A DNA stretch of 64,000 nucleotides. Source: Myxococcota bacterium (GTDB lineage: Bacteria > Myxococcota_A > SURF-8). Under the pieces are notes generated by a model that saw only the letters and a list, made by a program, of their open reading frames with translations, was not told the origin of the DNA and ran no database searches. A program made the translations under genes and the position numbers. Each line of letters begins with the position of its first letter. Position 1 is the first letter of the stretch. Positions 8,559 to 18,622 of the stretch are shown here, piece after piece. Where the stretch lies: contig OZ223209.1 of assembly GCA_965140415.1 (NCBI GenBank), positions 608,001 through 672,000 on the forward strand, read 5' to 3'.

Positions 8559-9799
8559 GACGCACCTCCTGAAGATTCGATGGACTCACGTTCCCTGTGG
8601 TGGTCTTTGCCGTGCTTTTCCTCAACCTGCGGATTGGATGTGTTTTTTATATTCGGGATCGGGATCATCGTATGCAGTTTCCCGCACAATTCCAAACAGG
8701 CTCCGCTGGGACAGAAGAAACGGCACCAGAAACGCCGAAATACAGTGGAGGCAATAAGCACCACTATGGCAAAAATCATCAAAGGAAGTGGTGTCACCCA
8801 GGTGAACAGCGAACCGAAGGGTTCGAAAGCCGCAGCCGGATTCCATAACCACACCGCCACCAGCATCACCACGGAAAACAGAATCAGCCAGCGCAGCAAA
8901 CGCAGACGAGTGATCCATACCCCGCTTGGATGCAGAGCTAGCGGTGTCAGTCGATACCCGATTTCCTGCAAGGCACCAAAGGGACACAGGCGTTCGCAGT
9001 AGACCTGTCGTCCTCCCAGCGCAAATGCGAGCGCCACCGCGAGTAGCACAAGCGGTTCAAGCTGTACACCGCCCGGTAAGCCGAGGTGCATCAGGCGGAT
9101 GAATTGCGGCATGGAAATCGAGACGTTCAGCCATAGTCCGAATACGGCGACGCTTAGTAACCATGCCGCCCTGCGCCAGGGTGTCGTGCGCCTGAATGCA
9201 GCGATAATACCGACTAGCAGCGCAAGTATAAACAACGACAGGTTAACCGGCTCGATCTGAAAACGAGCAGGTTCCGCAGGTAATGCAAAGGAAAACCCAT
9301 AGCGTGTATTGGCCGCATAGCGCGCCGCCGAAAGGATATCCACTTTAGCCGCCTCGCTGGTAATCGTCGCTCCGCTTATGGCGTCTAAATCCTCGAACGA
9401 ATCTTTCAACATGCGCCCCTTGAAGGCATTGAAAAAGCCGGAGCGGACGAGGCTGGCAAAGTAGGCCGGGGTTTCATCGTGATGCAGTGGCAACACGTTT
9501 CCGATACGGCCATCGGGTGTCACACTGACGAGCAACGACATTTCCCCGTTATAACCACGCACGACCGGAGGTACCCGGTTGCTGCTCAGCGCAACACCTT
9601 GCTCCTCATTGCCTGTCCAGCCGACCGTTAAATATGTGGTGGCGTCATCCACCTCGAAACGTTGGGCGGAGGGCAGAACCGTTTCAAAATGCTTGGTTGT
9701 GGGCTGTTGGTCATATTGTGACAGCAACTGACACGTATTGATAAAAACCAGCCCAACGACCGCAATTAGAAACAGTAATGTACCGAATTTGTTGGTCAA
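8555..9799 (-). CDS. FMN-binding + 4Fe-4S membrane electron-transfer protein (NosR/NapH-like)
   Basis: GYNG, HDETP, flavinylation motif DAISGATITS, YCERLCPFGALQE, FWCRFFCPSGA, several TM helices; AGGAG SD before TTG 9799. Confidence 0.85.
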   Translation of the reverse strand: MTNKFGTLLFLIAVVGLVFINTCQLLSQYDQQPTTKHFETVLPSAQRFEVDDATTYLTVGWTGNEEQGVALSSNRVPPVVRGYNGEMSLLVSVTPDGRIGNVLPLHHDETPAYFASLVRSGFFNAFKGRMLKDSFEDLDAISGATITSEAAKVDILSAARYAANTRYGFSFALPAEPARFQIEPVNLSLFILALLVGIIAAFRRTTPWRRAAWLLSVAVFGLWLNVSISMPQFIRLMHLGLPGGVQLEPLVLLAVALAFALGGRQVYCERLCPFGALQEIGYRLTPLALHPSGVWITRLRLLRWLILFSVVMLVAVWLWNPAAAFEPFGSLFTWVTPLPLMIFAIVVLIASTVFRRFWCRFFCPSGACLELCGKLHTMIPIPNIKNTSNPQVEEKHGKDHHRERESIESSGGAS

Positions 9800-9825
9800 T
9801 TTCGTATCTCCTGTTACGAATTCGT

Positions 9826-9853
9826 ATTGTAACCGGCTATAAATATCTGTCAA
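9826..9853 (-). promoter_or_regulatory. sigma70-type promoter of the AmmeMemoRadiSam operon
   Basis: TTGACA-16-TACAAT on the minus strand, back-to-back with a plus-strand TTGACA at 9869-9874. Confidence 0.55.
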
Positions 9854-10063
9854 GAACGAACAAAGGTGTTGACAAAACAGATTCAATCCTATACATAATC
9901 GCTTTATCGACTTTACATATCCGATTTGTTTTGCTATAAAGTAAGTGCAATCGTGATAATTGTTTCAGATTGGTTTTAAGCCTGCTCCGTGTGGCGCGGG
10001 CCACCTGTTCGGAAGGTGGCAAGCAGCAGGAAAAGAAGTGAAGTCAATCCGCAGAGCGGGGAC

Positions 10064-11389
10064 ATGCAGCAATCACTGTTTGAACAAATTCATGGGTTGG
10101 TACAACTCCGAGATCTATCGGGACGGGTGAATTACGTCTCTCCCGCCGTCGGTGATTTGCTGGGTTATCAATCGGATGAATACGCCCGACGCTTTATGGA
10201 GTTGGTTGACGGTTCTCAAGAAGTCAATTTTTATGCCCGCTCGCTTTGGAAGCAGATCCGGGAAGGAAGTTATAACGGCCCGGACGAGTTACCCGCGTAT
10301 CATTTGGAAATCCCGACCAAAACCGGCGACAACAAGATTTTTGCAGTTCGCGAGCGCTTTGTACGCGAGAACGGCGAGCGTAGCGGATTGCTGGCGATCG
10401 GCATGGATGTTACCAGCGATTTCCGCGAACGGAATGAACTGTTAGGCCAAAGCCGGGAATTGTCGGTTACCAAACATATTCAGGATTGCATCGCCAATAG
10501 CCAGGACGAGTCCGAGTTGATGAAAACCTCGCTGGAATGCATTCTCTCCCTATTTGACTATAAACGGGGAGCGGTTTACCAACTGAATCGCACGGCCAGC
10601 CAAGCCACACTCATCCATCGGCAGGGTTTTTCAAGTGGTGATGTTGAAGCGCCGAAGTCATTTGCTCCACCCAAATTGATGCTTACTTCCGTTGCCGATA
10701 AACGAGCCAAGGCGATTTTGTTCGCTCCCGGCGATACCTGGCTGGAGCCAGTAGGCAGTATTGGAGAAAACCTGACCGGCCTGTTGCTGTTCATTAATCA
10801 TGCTCCCAGCGTGTTACTGACTATGACCGGACAATCCGAGTTCAGCCGACAAACACAGCATTTACTGCAATGCGTGGGAACCTTGCTTGCACAGGCGTTG
10901 CAAAGCAGACAGCAGCGCTTCTCGCCCACAAATCCGGATATCACCGATAGCGTAACCGGCTTTTACAACAGTAACTTCGTCAACGACTTTCTCAATCGGG
11001 AAGAGAATCTCGTTTCTCGTCATAAGCGCAGCGCCAGTGTCGTAATGTTGAATGCAAATGAAATTGCTCGAAACTTCAAGAGAGATTCTGAAGCACCATG
11101 GCGCAGTTTTGGGCAGCAACTCACTCACAGCGTTCGTTCCACCGATCTGGTGGCTCATTACAATGAAGATGCCTTGATGATCTACCTGCCCGAAACCGGT
11201 CGGCGAGGATCGGAAATCGTTCTCGACCGCTTATCCAAGCAGGGAATATTTAAAGTCGCTACGAAAACACAGGATAAATTCCCGATTTGCTCCGCCTCAA
11301 CGGAAACCAGCGCCAAACGTCTGCGCACTTTGGTTCACGAAGCGGCCATCGCCATTGCAACACCCCGGCGCAAGCCCATCGAGATCTAA
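10064..11389 (+). CDS. PAS-GAF-degenerate GGDEF protein
   Basis: PAS (YVSPAVGDLLGY...DVT), GAF-like middle, DSVTGFYN, and RSTDLVAHYNEDAL in place of RxxDxxxRxGGDEF. Confidence 0.75.
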   Translation: MQQSLFEQIHGLVQLRDLSGRVNYVSPAVGDLLGYQSDEYARRFMELVDGSQEVNFYARSLWKQIREGSYNGPDELPAYHLEIPTKTGDNKIFAVRERFVRENGERSGLLAIGMDVTSDFRERNELLGQSRELSVTKHIQDCIANSQDESELMKTSLECILSLFDYKRGAVYQLNRTASQATLIHRQGFSSGDVEAPKSFAPPKLMLTSVADKRAKAILFAPGDTWLEPVGSIGENLTGLLLFINHAPSVLLTMTGQSEFSRQTQHLLQCVGTLLAQALQSRQQRFSPTNPDITDSVTGFYNSNFVNDFLNREENLVSRHKRSASVVMLNANEIARNFKRDSEAPWRSFGQQLTHSVRSTDLVAHYNEDALMIYLPETGRRGSEIVLDRLSKQGIFKVATKTQDKFPICSASTETSAKRLRTLVHEAAIAIATPRRKPIEI

Positions 11390-11469
11390 ACACAGATCAC
11401 CACACACGGCTTTCACCGCAAGAAATTGCGATCCTTCGATTATTGTGAACTTTCAGATGGATACGTGGA

Positions 11470-12630
11470 CTAATCTTGCAGTTGTCCCAGTTCCTTGAGT
11501 ACGGCCTCAAATCGTAGAATGACCGTGGAGGTCTGCTCTACCGTGCCCAGGTTCAATCGGAAACATCCGTTCAGTTGGGGGAAACTGCTGCGGTCACGAA
11601 CATATACGCCTTTATCGGCCAGAGCCTCTACGACTTCTTTGACGTTTTCCACTCGGACCATGACGTAGTTGGCGGGTGTCCAGAAGTATTCCAGGCCATG
11701 ACTTTCACACCAGCGACCCAGTAAGCGCTTGGAGCGGTCGACTTCGTCGATATAGCGCTCGTAGTAGTCCAGATCATCCAACGCGGCTCCGGCGGCGACC
11801 TGAGCGATTTGGTTCACACTCTTGGGATTGTACAGGCGGCTCAATTCCTTGATCGCGTTTGGCTGCGCAACCAGATAGCCAACTCGCAACCCGGCCAGAC
11901 CGAAGAGCTTGGAGAAGGTGCGTGTAATGAACACGTTTTCATGCTTGGCCACAAGATCGATCAAGCTGGCGCGGGCGAATTCGGCATAGGCTTCATCGAC
12001 TAAAATAATCGCTTGGGGAGCGGCCTGAATCAGCTTCTCAACATCCTGCTCGTCGTAAAGAACGCCGGTTGGATTGTTGGGATTGACCAGATAGATGATT
12101 TTGGTTTCCGGGGTCACGTGCGCGAGGATGTCCTCGATGTCCATCTTGAAGGCGTCTTCGAAAATCACCTTATCGATGATCGCTCCACGCGACTTGGCGA
12201 AAAGCAGGAAATGGGTGTAGGTCGGATAGGGAGATAACACCCGGTCGCCTGGATTCAAATAGGTTTTGCAGATCAAGTCCAGCGCGTCGTCCGAACCGTT
12301 GGAAACCAGAATATGGTCTGCCGGGTAGCCGACATAGCTCTGTAATTTCAGGCGCAGGTTATAGCTGAACAGTTCCGGATAGATGTTCAATCCCAGTTCG
12401 CCGTCGAGATATTGATGAATGGCCTTTTTCACGCCGGGCGCGGGCGGAATGGTACACTCGTTCCAGTCGAGTTTGAAATGCTCGATTTCAGGGCGTTCCA
12501 CGATGCGTGGCAAAGAGGAAACCGGTTCGTACGGTTGAATTCCCTTGACGACATCGGCAGCCTCGGGGCGAGCCTTCTCCAGGATATGAATCGTGCTGAT
12601 CTGTTCCTGCTTGACGCGAGCTGGTTTCAT
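11470..12630 (-). CDS. hisC: Histidinol-phosphate aminotransferase (class I/II PLP enzyme)
   Basis: KLDWNE, NGSDD, NPNNPTG, VDEAYAEF, RTFSKLFGLAGLRVGY. Confidence 0.85.
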   Translation of the reverse strand: MKPARVKQEQISTIHILEKARPEAADVVKGIQPYEPVSSLPRIVERPEIEHFKLDWNECTIPPAPGVKKAIHQYLDGELGLNIYPELFSYNLRLKLQSYVGYPADHILVSNGSDDALDLICKTYLNPGDRVLSPYPTYTHFLLFAKSRGAIIDKVIFEDAFKMDIEDILAHVTPETKIIYLVNPNNPTGVLYDEQDVEKLIQAAPQAIILVDEAYAEFARASLIDLVAKHENVFITRTFSKLFGLAGLRVGYLVAQPNAIKELSRLYNPKSVNQIAQVAAGAALDDLDYYERYIDEVDRSKRLLGRWCESHGLEYFWTPANYVMVRVENVKEVVEALADKGVYVRDRSSFPQLNGCFRLNLGTVEQTSTVILRFEAVLKELGQLQD

Positions 12631-12788
12631 GAAAAACCTCGATATAAAATAAGTCGTTACAAACGCTTCGGCGCTGATTTTGCAGAAAACTGTAACGATG
12701 ATTTTTAGGTTCGGTTTCGGCTATAAGAACGTGTGGCGAAGAAGCTGATATGTAATAATCCCGGCCAAGCTTCCTCCCATAGTCCCGA

Positions 12789-12817
12789 ATGATACGAAAA
12801 GAGTTGTAAAAAGTCAA
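12789..12817 (-). promoter_or_regulatory. sigma70-type promoter for hisC
   Basis: TTGACT-17-TATCAT on the minus strand. Confidence 0.5.
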
Positions 12818-12963
12818 TCAAAAACAGGCTAGGGAAGGGTGAAAAGGCGCTAAAGGATACATAAATAGTCTTGACATTTTATATAATTATGTTGATATTT
12901 GTTAAACTTTGTAGGGACCGAAGACAAAGATAAAACTAATCGGTTTAGTTTTGTTCAAGCGCT

Positions 12964-15048
12964 TCAGCGCATCCACCTCAACACCAGCACCTCACCGACC
13001 AGCAACAACAACAACAGCCACATCAGCAAACCGGCCTGCTCGATGCGCTGCTCCGGTAGTCCTCCGCCAGCATTGGCAAGTAGTGCCCGCTCGCCGAAGA
13101 TCGCCGGGCGCTCGGCTTTTGGCAATACACGCAGATCCGATTCCGCCGGATCGACATTGACGGCGACCGTCCAGTTGTTCTTGCGATTGCTCACTGTGTA
13201 AAAGCCCGGTTGTTCCAAAGGAGGCGAGCCGGAGAGCTTGGAATCACTTGCTGAGTCCAAAGATAGTTTCTTGCCCTGGGGAGTTTTTATTGTCAACTTG
13301 CCGTTATCTCCCTTGGGGCGATAGCGGTCGCCGGTTACGAGCACTCGCAGTTCTTCGTCTTGCTGGCGACTATCGGCAATATGATGCGAAAGTTCCTGCA
13401 TCAACGGCAGAAAACCGGGTTGGATCGGGATATCGTTCCAACTGCGGCTGATGCTGCTTGTAAAGACCAGGCTGCGCCCCTGATCCACGGTGATTTCCAC
13501 CAGTGCCGGAGAATGATCGGTATAGCGCAGCAGAATGCGCTTGTCCCGCGTGGCATCGGGATCGAAGGTCATGTATTCACTGACTTTCGCCTCGTACAGG
13601 CTTTTTGCCGTGTCGTCGTCGAAGATGCGGAAAACCGGCTGGCGGTAGTCGAAACGACTTAAATAAACGGCGTCGCTGCGTCCGCTGGTGCTTTCGCTGG
13701 CGACTTTGGAGCCGCGCAGGTTGCCCGGTAACAGCGAGGCAAGCCGCTGATTGTAATTGTCCACATCCACTTCGGGACCGAAAGTCAGCACTGCCACCTT
13801 GCCGCTACGCACATAGGCCAACAGTTTTTCAGCTTGTGTGTCGGTGAACCTTGCAACATTACACAAGAAAATGATGTCGTAGCGCGACAGGTCGTTTGAA
13901 GCGAGGGCCGAGGGCGACACCACTTCCGGTGTGATCTGGCTGCGATTCAATCCTCCCGGATTGAGCGCTTCCTTTAAATAAAAGACTTCATCCAGATGCC
14001 GCGTGGTGCTGGGACGCCCATTGACCAGCAGCACCGTCAAATCTCTGGAAACATTCACCAATCCGAAACGGCGATTATCCGCCAGCAGCAGATCATCGGC
14101 TAAACTGGCTTCCAGCCGTACCGTTCCGCTTTGCTCGAAACGCTGGATGAACTCCTTGGTAACGCTCTGGAAAGGAGCGATATCCACAAAGCCGTCGGCG
14201 CGGCCCTGCTCGTTGGCCAGTAACGACAGTCCCAGCCCGGAAACCGGCTGTTCGCCGTAATTGGCGACCGTTACGGAAATCTTCCAGTCACGCAGGCCTG
14301 TGAAGAACGAGCGTTCGCTCTGCAAGTCCGTAATCGCCACGTTGGCAATCGAGGTGGCCTGGCGCACGTCGAGCAGAATGGGCAGGCTTTCCTGCTTGCC
14401 GGAAATGGTGAAATCCGTTTCATAACCGACGCGGGTGACATCGCCGATCAGATAGACGGCGCTCTTTGCCAGAGCCGAGCCTTGCGCCAGTAGACGCGCC
14501 TGATCCAGCGAGCGGGAGAAGTCGGTTTTTCGATAGCTGGGCTGCAACTCGTCCAATTCACGCAGTAGCCGCCCACGGTCGAAGGTCAACTCCACCAAAG
14601 AATCTTCATCCATCGGCGGCGAGGGCAATAAAGCGAAGTTGTCGCTGTCTCTAAAGCCTTGAATCAACTGCTTTACCTGCTCCCGAGCCAGTTCGAAAAG
14701 AGGTTTTCCCTGGGTCTGTGCCTGCATGGACAAGCTGCGGTCTACAATGAGAATGCGGCTGGTGGGGGTGAGATCGCTTTCGGCGGCGATGTGCTGCTGT
14801 TGTGGAAGCGTGTACGGACGCGCCAAGGCCAGCGCCAGAAAAGCCAGCAACAAGGTACGCAGCAATAATAAAAGCAATTGCTTGAGCTTCAGGCTGCGAG
14901 CCAGTCGGCGGTTGGACAATTGCACGAAATACGTGGCGGAAAAGCGGATGATGCGCGCCCGGCGGCGGTTGATCAGGTGAATGATCACCGGCAGTGCGGC
15001 AGCTAATAATCCCCATAGCATCCACGGATTGACGAACCCGATGTTCAC
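12964..15048 (-). CDS. BatA/vWA domain protein (MoxR-associated)
   Basis: FVNPW..GLLAAALPVIIHL BatA N-terminus, DRSLSM MIDAS motif, ADN, NVDPAESDL, C-terminal TM. Confidence 0.9.
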   Translation of the reverse strand: MNIGFVNPWMLWGLLAAALPVIIHLINRRRARIIRFSATYFVQLSNRRLARSLKLKQLLLLLLRTLLLAFLALALARPYTLPQQQHIAAESDLTPTSRILIVDRSLSMQAQTQGKPLFELAREQVKQLIQGFRDSDNFALLPSPPMDEDSLVELTFDRGRLLRELDELQPSYRKTDFSRSLDQARLLAQGSALAKSAVYLIGDVTRVGYETDFTISGKQESLPILLDVRQATSIANVAITDLQSERSFFTGLRDWKISVTVANYGEQPVSGLGLSLLANEQGRADGFVDIAPFQSVTKEFIQRFEQSGTVRLEASLADDLLLADNRRFGLVNVSRDLTVLLVNGRPSTTRHLDEVFYLKEALNPGGLNRSQITPEVVSPSALASNDLSRYDIIFLCNVARFTDTQAEKLLAYVRSGKVAVLTFGPEVDVDNYNQRLASLLPGNLRGSKVASESTSGRSDAVYLSRFDYRQPVFRIFDDDTAKSLYEAKVSEYMTFDPDATRDKRILLRYTDHSPALVEITVDQGRSLVFTSSISRSWNDIPIQPGFLPLMQELSHHIADSRQQDEELRVLVTGDRYRPKGDNGKLTIKTPQGKKLSLDSASDSKLSGSPPLEQPGFYTVSNRKNNWTVAVNVDPAESDLRVLPKAERPAIFGERALLANAGGGLPEQRIEQAGLLMWLLLLLLVGEVLVLRWMR

Positions 15049-15938
15049 GGCGCGCCCTCCCGCTTCTTCAAATAGGCCAATAGTGGCTGTTCGTGTGGTT
15101 GATTGCTGATTGCCTGCTGATAGCCGATGCCCGCCTGTAAACAGCCTTCTCGCAGCTTATCCAGAAATGAGCCGAACACCTTGCGGTATTCCTGCCGGAT
15201 GGCGTCCGGATCGGCCAGCAGCATCGCGTCGCTCTCCAGATCCTCGAACTGCGTCAGGTGATCGAAAGGCAGGTTCAATTCGTGGTCGTGCAGTACCTGA
15301 AAGAGCACCACGTCGTTCTTTCGCGCTCTAAGTCGCGCCAAAACGCGCTGAACGTCCCCTTCGGGGTCGAAGAAATCGGAAATCACGACCACCAGGTTGC
15401 GTCCGTGCAAAGTCTCGGCGGTGCGACCGATGGCTGCCGCCAGATCGGTCGTGCCTTGTGGCTGCATGCGCACCAGCGCTTCAAGCAATTCCTGATAGTG
15501 GCTGCTGGTGCCGCGCGGCGGAATGAAGGTGTTGACACTGCTGTTAAAAACCGTCAGTCCCGGTGCATCCTGCTGACGCAGCAGCAGATAGGCGAATGCC
15601 GCCGCCAATACTCGTGCATACTCCAACTTGTTTTCACTGCCTTCGCCATAGCCCATCGAGGCGGAATTATCCACCAGCAGGTAGCAGCGCAGGTTGGTTT
15701 CGTCCTCGAATTTCTTCACGTAGTAGCGATCCATCCGGGCATAGGCTTTCCAGTCGATATGCCGGATGTCGTCGCCGGGAGAGTATTCCTTGTGTTCGGC
15801 GAATTCGATGGAACTGCCGTGATGCGGGCTTTTGTGCAGACCGGTCAACACGCCTTCCACCACCGTGCGGGCGCGGATCTTCAAGTTCCCGATGCGGCTG
15901 AGCAGTTCGGGAGACAGCATGGGAGTATCGCTCGCCAT
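15045..15938 (-). CDS. DUF58 protein
   Basis: GLHKS..GSSIEFAEHKEYSPGDDIRHIDWK, DNSASM, ISDF. Confidence 0.92.
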   Translation of the reverse strand: MASDTPMLSPELLSRIGNLKIRARTVVEGVLTGLHKSPHHGSSIEFAEHKEYSPGDDIRHIDWKAYARMDRYYVKKFEDETNLRCYLLVDNSASMGYGEGSENKLEYARVLAAAFAYLLLRQQDAPGLTVFNSSVNTFIPPRGTSSHYQELLEALVRMQPQGTTDLAAAIGRTAETLHGRNLVVVISDFFDPEGDVQRVLARLRARKNDVVLFQVLHDHELNLPFDHLTQFEDLESDAMLLADPDAIRQEYRKVFGSFLDKLREGCLQAGIGYQQAISNQPHEQPLLAYLKKREGAP

Positions 15939-16978
15939 CAGACCGGATCGGAAGGAATGGTGTCCAGCAATTGCCGAATCACGCTCGGAGTCTCAACGCC
16001 TTCGGCTTCGGCGTGGAAGTTCTTGATTACGCGATGTTGCAAAACCGGCACCGCCAGCGCCTGCACGTCTTCTCTCGATGCGTGGAAACGTCCGTTCAGG
16101 ATGGCGCGTGCTTTTGCACCCAGTATCAGATATTGCGAGGCGCGTGGTCCCGCTCCCCACTGCACCCATTTCTTGATGAACTCGGGCGCGCTGGGATCGT
16201 CGGGCCTTGTGGCACGCACCAGCTTGACGGCGTAGTCGATGACGTTTTCCGCCACCGGTACGCGTAGCACCAGCGATTGCAACGCCCGAATCTGACCGGG
16301 CGTCAGAATCTTGGCCAGTTCAGGCACATAGGTGCCGGTCGTGCTGGAGACGATGCGGCGCTCTTCGTCTTCGGAAGGATAATCCACGCCGATCATGAAC
16401 ATGAAGCGGTCCAATTGTGCTTCGGGCAGCGGGTAGGTACCCTCCTGCTCGATGGGATTCTGGGTGGCAAACACCAGAAAAGGCGGATCCAGCGGATAGG
16501 TTTTTCCCGCCGCCGTGACTTTGCGTTCCTGCATGGCCTGCAAAAGCGCCGCCTGGGTTTTGGGCGGCGTGCGGTTGATTTCGTCGGCCAGCAGAATATT
16601 GCAGAAAATCGGACCCTTGATAAAGTGGAACACGCGCTTGCCGGAGGTGCGATCTTCCTGCAAGACATCGGTGCCGGTAATATCGGATGGCATCAGATCC
16701 GGTGTAAACTGAATGCGGTTGAATTCCAGATTCAGTACATTGGCTAAGGTGCTGATCAGCAGGGTTTTCGCCAGGCCGGGTACGCCGACAAACAGGCCAT
16801 GTCCGCGAGAAAACAGCGCAATCAGCAACTGGTCGATGACCTCATCCTGCCCGATGATGACCTTGGCCACTTCGCGTTTAAGCGCTTTGTGGGCGCGGGC
16901 CACCTGTTCGACGCGCTTGACGTCGTCCGCCGTGCTCTGCTCGTCCTGAGTTGCGATTTCCAATTCAGCTTCAGCCAT
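15938..16978 (-). CDS. moxR: MoxR family AAA+ ATPase
   Basis: GVPGLAKT, RIQFTPDLMPSD, LADEINRTPPKTQ, ATQNPIEQEGTYPLPEAQLDRF. Confidence 0.95.
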   Translation of the reverse strand: MAEAELEIATQDEQSTADDVKRVEQVARAHKALKREVAKVIIGQDEVIDQLLIALFSRGHGLFVGVPGLAKTLLISTLANVLNLEFNRIQFTPDLMPSDITGTDVLQEDRTSGKRVFHFIKGPIFCNILLADEINRTPPKTQAALLQAMQERKVTAAGKTYPLDPPFLVFATQNPIEQEGTYPLPEAQLDRFMFMIGVDYPSEDEERRIVSSTTGTYVPELAKILTPGQIRALQSLVLRVPVAENVIDYAVKLVRATRPDDPSAPEFIKKWVQWGAGPRASQYLILGAKARAILNGRFHASREDVQALAVPVLQHRVIKNFHAEAEGVETPSVIRQLLDTIPSDPV

Positions 16979-17108
16979 GTCCGCCTCGATTTCCCGTTAC
17001 ATCCAAATAAGTGAACAGAATATCAGAAGCCGGCGACCTTGCCAATAAAAAGCAAGGGGTGAAATTTGTATTGGGTGCATCACAGGAAATTGCGTCGATA
17101 CCCCAAGG

Positions 17109-17165
17109 ATCGTGCGGGATTGTATCCCGCGCGTAACGCTTCGGATCAGAATGAAATCCTGATCC
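17109..17165. repeat. REP-like double-hairpin repeat
   Basis: 51/57 nt identical to 31442-31498; two adjacent palindromes. Confidence 0.75.
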
Positions 17166-17227
17166 TTCCTATTAAACCTAAAAACGGCCTCCACCATAAT
17201 GGTTGTTCAGACGTTCAAAGAAATGTC

Positions 17228-17254
17228 TTGACATTGACCGACCGGTCGGTCAAT
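17228..17254 (+). promoter_or_regulatory. -35 box and perfect 22-bp palindromic operator (likely TetR autoregulation)
   Basis: TTGACA at 17228-17233 overlaps ATTGACCGACCGGTCGGTCAAT at 17233-17254. Confidence 0.8.
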
Positions 17255-17292
17255 CTGTGGGCAGACTCAATCGACGTATCAGGAGGTAAACC

Positions 17293-17913
17293 ATGGCACC
17301 GATTCTTGTGGACAAGAAAGAAAAGAAAAACAAGATTGCGTTCGACAGTCTCCAGGTTTTCATGGAGACGGGCTTTGTCTCTGTGTCCATGCAGGAAGTC
17401 GCTCGGCGCATTGGTATCGGCAAGGGGACGATCTATGAATACTTCCGTTCGAAAGAAGAGCTGATCACCGCCGCGCTGGTTACGTGGATGGAATTGACCA
17501 GCGGCGGCCCGGAACAATTTGAAACCGAGCTTGATATAGACGATCCGATTGAGCGGCTGACCACCTATATCAACATGACCATGCGGCTCTACCAGGATGA
17601 CGAGCGCAACCTCAAGCTAATGGTGGCCATGATTCAACTTTGGGCGACTTCACCGGAGTTTTTCACCAAGAACGAAATCATCCGGCGCCTGTTCGAAGGG
17701 ATGCGCTATTATATGGTCGAGGCTCTGGTCGACGGCGCACGGCGGGGGCAATTCCGACCGGAAGTCGAGCAGCAGGCGGAAAAAATCGCCATCAATCTCG
17801 TGGCCTATCTGGACGGTTTGATGTTGCACGCCTATTTGAATCCGGGTTACATCGACCCAGAAACCCAGATTAATTTGTACTTGAAACCGTTTCTGGATTC
17901 GATAAAGGCGTAG
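17293..17913 (+). CDS. TetR/AcrR family transcriptional regulator
   Basis: VARRIGIGKGTIYEYFRSKEEL HTH; AGGAGG SD. Confidence 0.93.
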   Translation: MAPILVDKKEKKNKIAFDSLQVFMETGFVSVSMQEVARRIGIGKGTIYEYFRSKEELITAALVTWMELTSGGPEQFETELDIDDPIERLTTYINMTMRLYQDDERNLKLMVAMIQLWATSPEFFTKNEIIRRLFEGMRYYMVEALVDGARRGQFRPEVEQQAEKIAINLVAYLDGLMLHAYLNPGYIDPETQINLYLKPFLDSIKA

Positions 17914-17956
17914 AACCAATGTCGGGTAAGGTCTTGAAATTACGATGGATCAGGAT

Positions 17957-18021
17957 GTAGGATGGGGCAATTGCTTTGCCCATCAACATGAAAAGATGGG
18001 CATGACAGATGCCCATCCTAC
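17957..18021. repeat. GTAG-type REP doublet (REPIN-like) between convergent genes
   Basis: GTAGGATGGG..GCCCATC followed by GATGGGC..GCCCATCCTAC. Confidence 0.7.
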
Positions 18022-18044
18022 TGCTATGGTCTTTCGATCCTCTT

Positions 18045-18572
18045 CTAATCCCCTTCGAAGTCCACCAGCTTGAAGACCGGATAACCGGCCTGTTCCAGGC
18101 GTTTGGAGCCGCCGATGTCGGGCAGGTCGATCACGAAGCCGGCTTCCACTACCTTCGCATCCAGCTTTTCGCACAGGTGAATCGCTGCCAGCGCCGTGCC
18201 GCCGGTGGCCAGCAAGTCGTCGATCACCACCACCTTGTCGCCCGAATCGAGCGAATTGGTGTGGATTTCGATTTTGTCGGTGCCATATTCCAACTCGTAT
18301 TCTTCGCTGGTGGTCTCGGCAGGTAGTTTTCCTGGTTTACGCACTAAAACCAAGGGTTTAGACAATTCACGGGCGATCAGTGCGCCGAAGAGGAAGCCAC
18401 GCGACTCGATGGCCACCACTTTGTCGAAGCTCACTTCGCGATAATGCGCCATCAGCAGGTCAATCGCCTGGCTGAACCCTTCCGGATTTTCCAACAGGGT
18501 CGTAATATCACGGAATTGGATGCCCGGTTTGGGCCAATCGGGAACGGTTCGGATGTAGGATTTCAGATCCAT
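18045..18572 (-). CDS. apt: Adenine phosphoribosyltransferase
   Basis: PDWPKPGIQFRDIT, ESRGF, RKPGKLP, LEYG, VIDDLLATGGT. Confidence 0.96.
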   Translation of the reverse strand: MDLKSYIRTVPDWPKPGIQFRDITTLLENPEGFSQAIDLLMAHYREVSFDKVVAIESRGFLFGALIARELSKPLVLVRKPGKLPAETTSEEYELEYGTDKIEIHTNSLDSGDKVVVIDDLLATGGTALAAIHLCEKLDAKVVEAGFVIDLPDIGGSKRLEQAGYPVFKLVDFEGD

Positions 18573-18622
18573 GTTTGCTCTCCTGGAAAACGGTTGAACG
18601 GCTTTCTATAAGGGTAGTACCT

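Noticed and set aside
12871-12899. Plus-strand TTGACA as an antisense promoter
   Set aside because: No good -10 at proper spacing in an AT-rich region.
17066-17464. ORFs sharing RAGLYPARN or CWSMGSCPAP (also 29737-29967, 31109-31702, 31405-31713; 61412-61711 reads through the same repeat)
   Set aside because: The similarity comes from translating the non-coding REP-like repeats.
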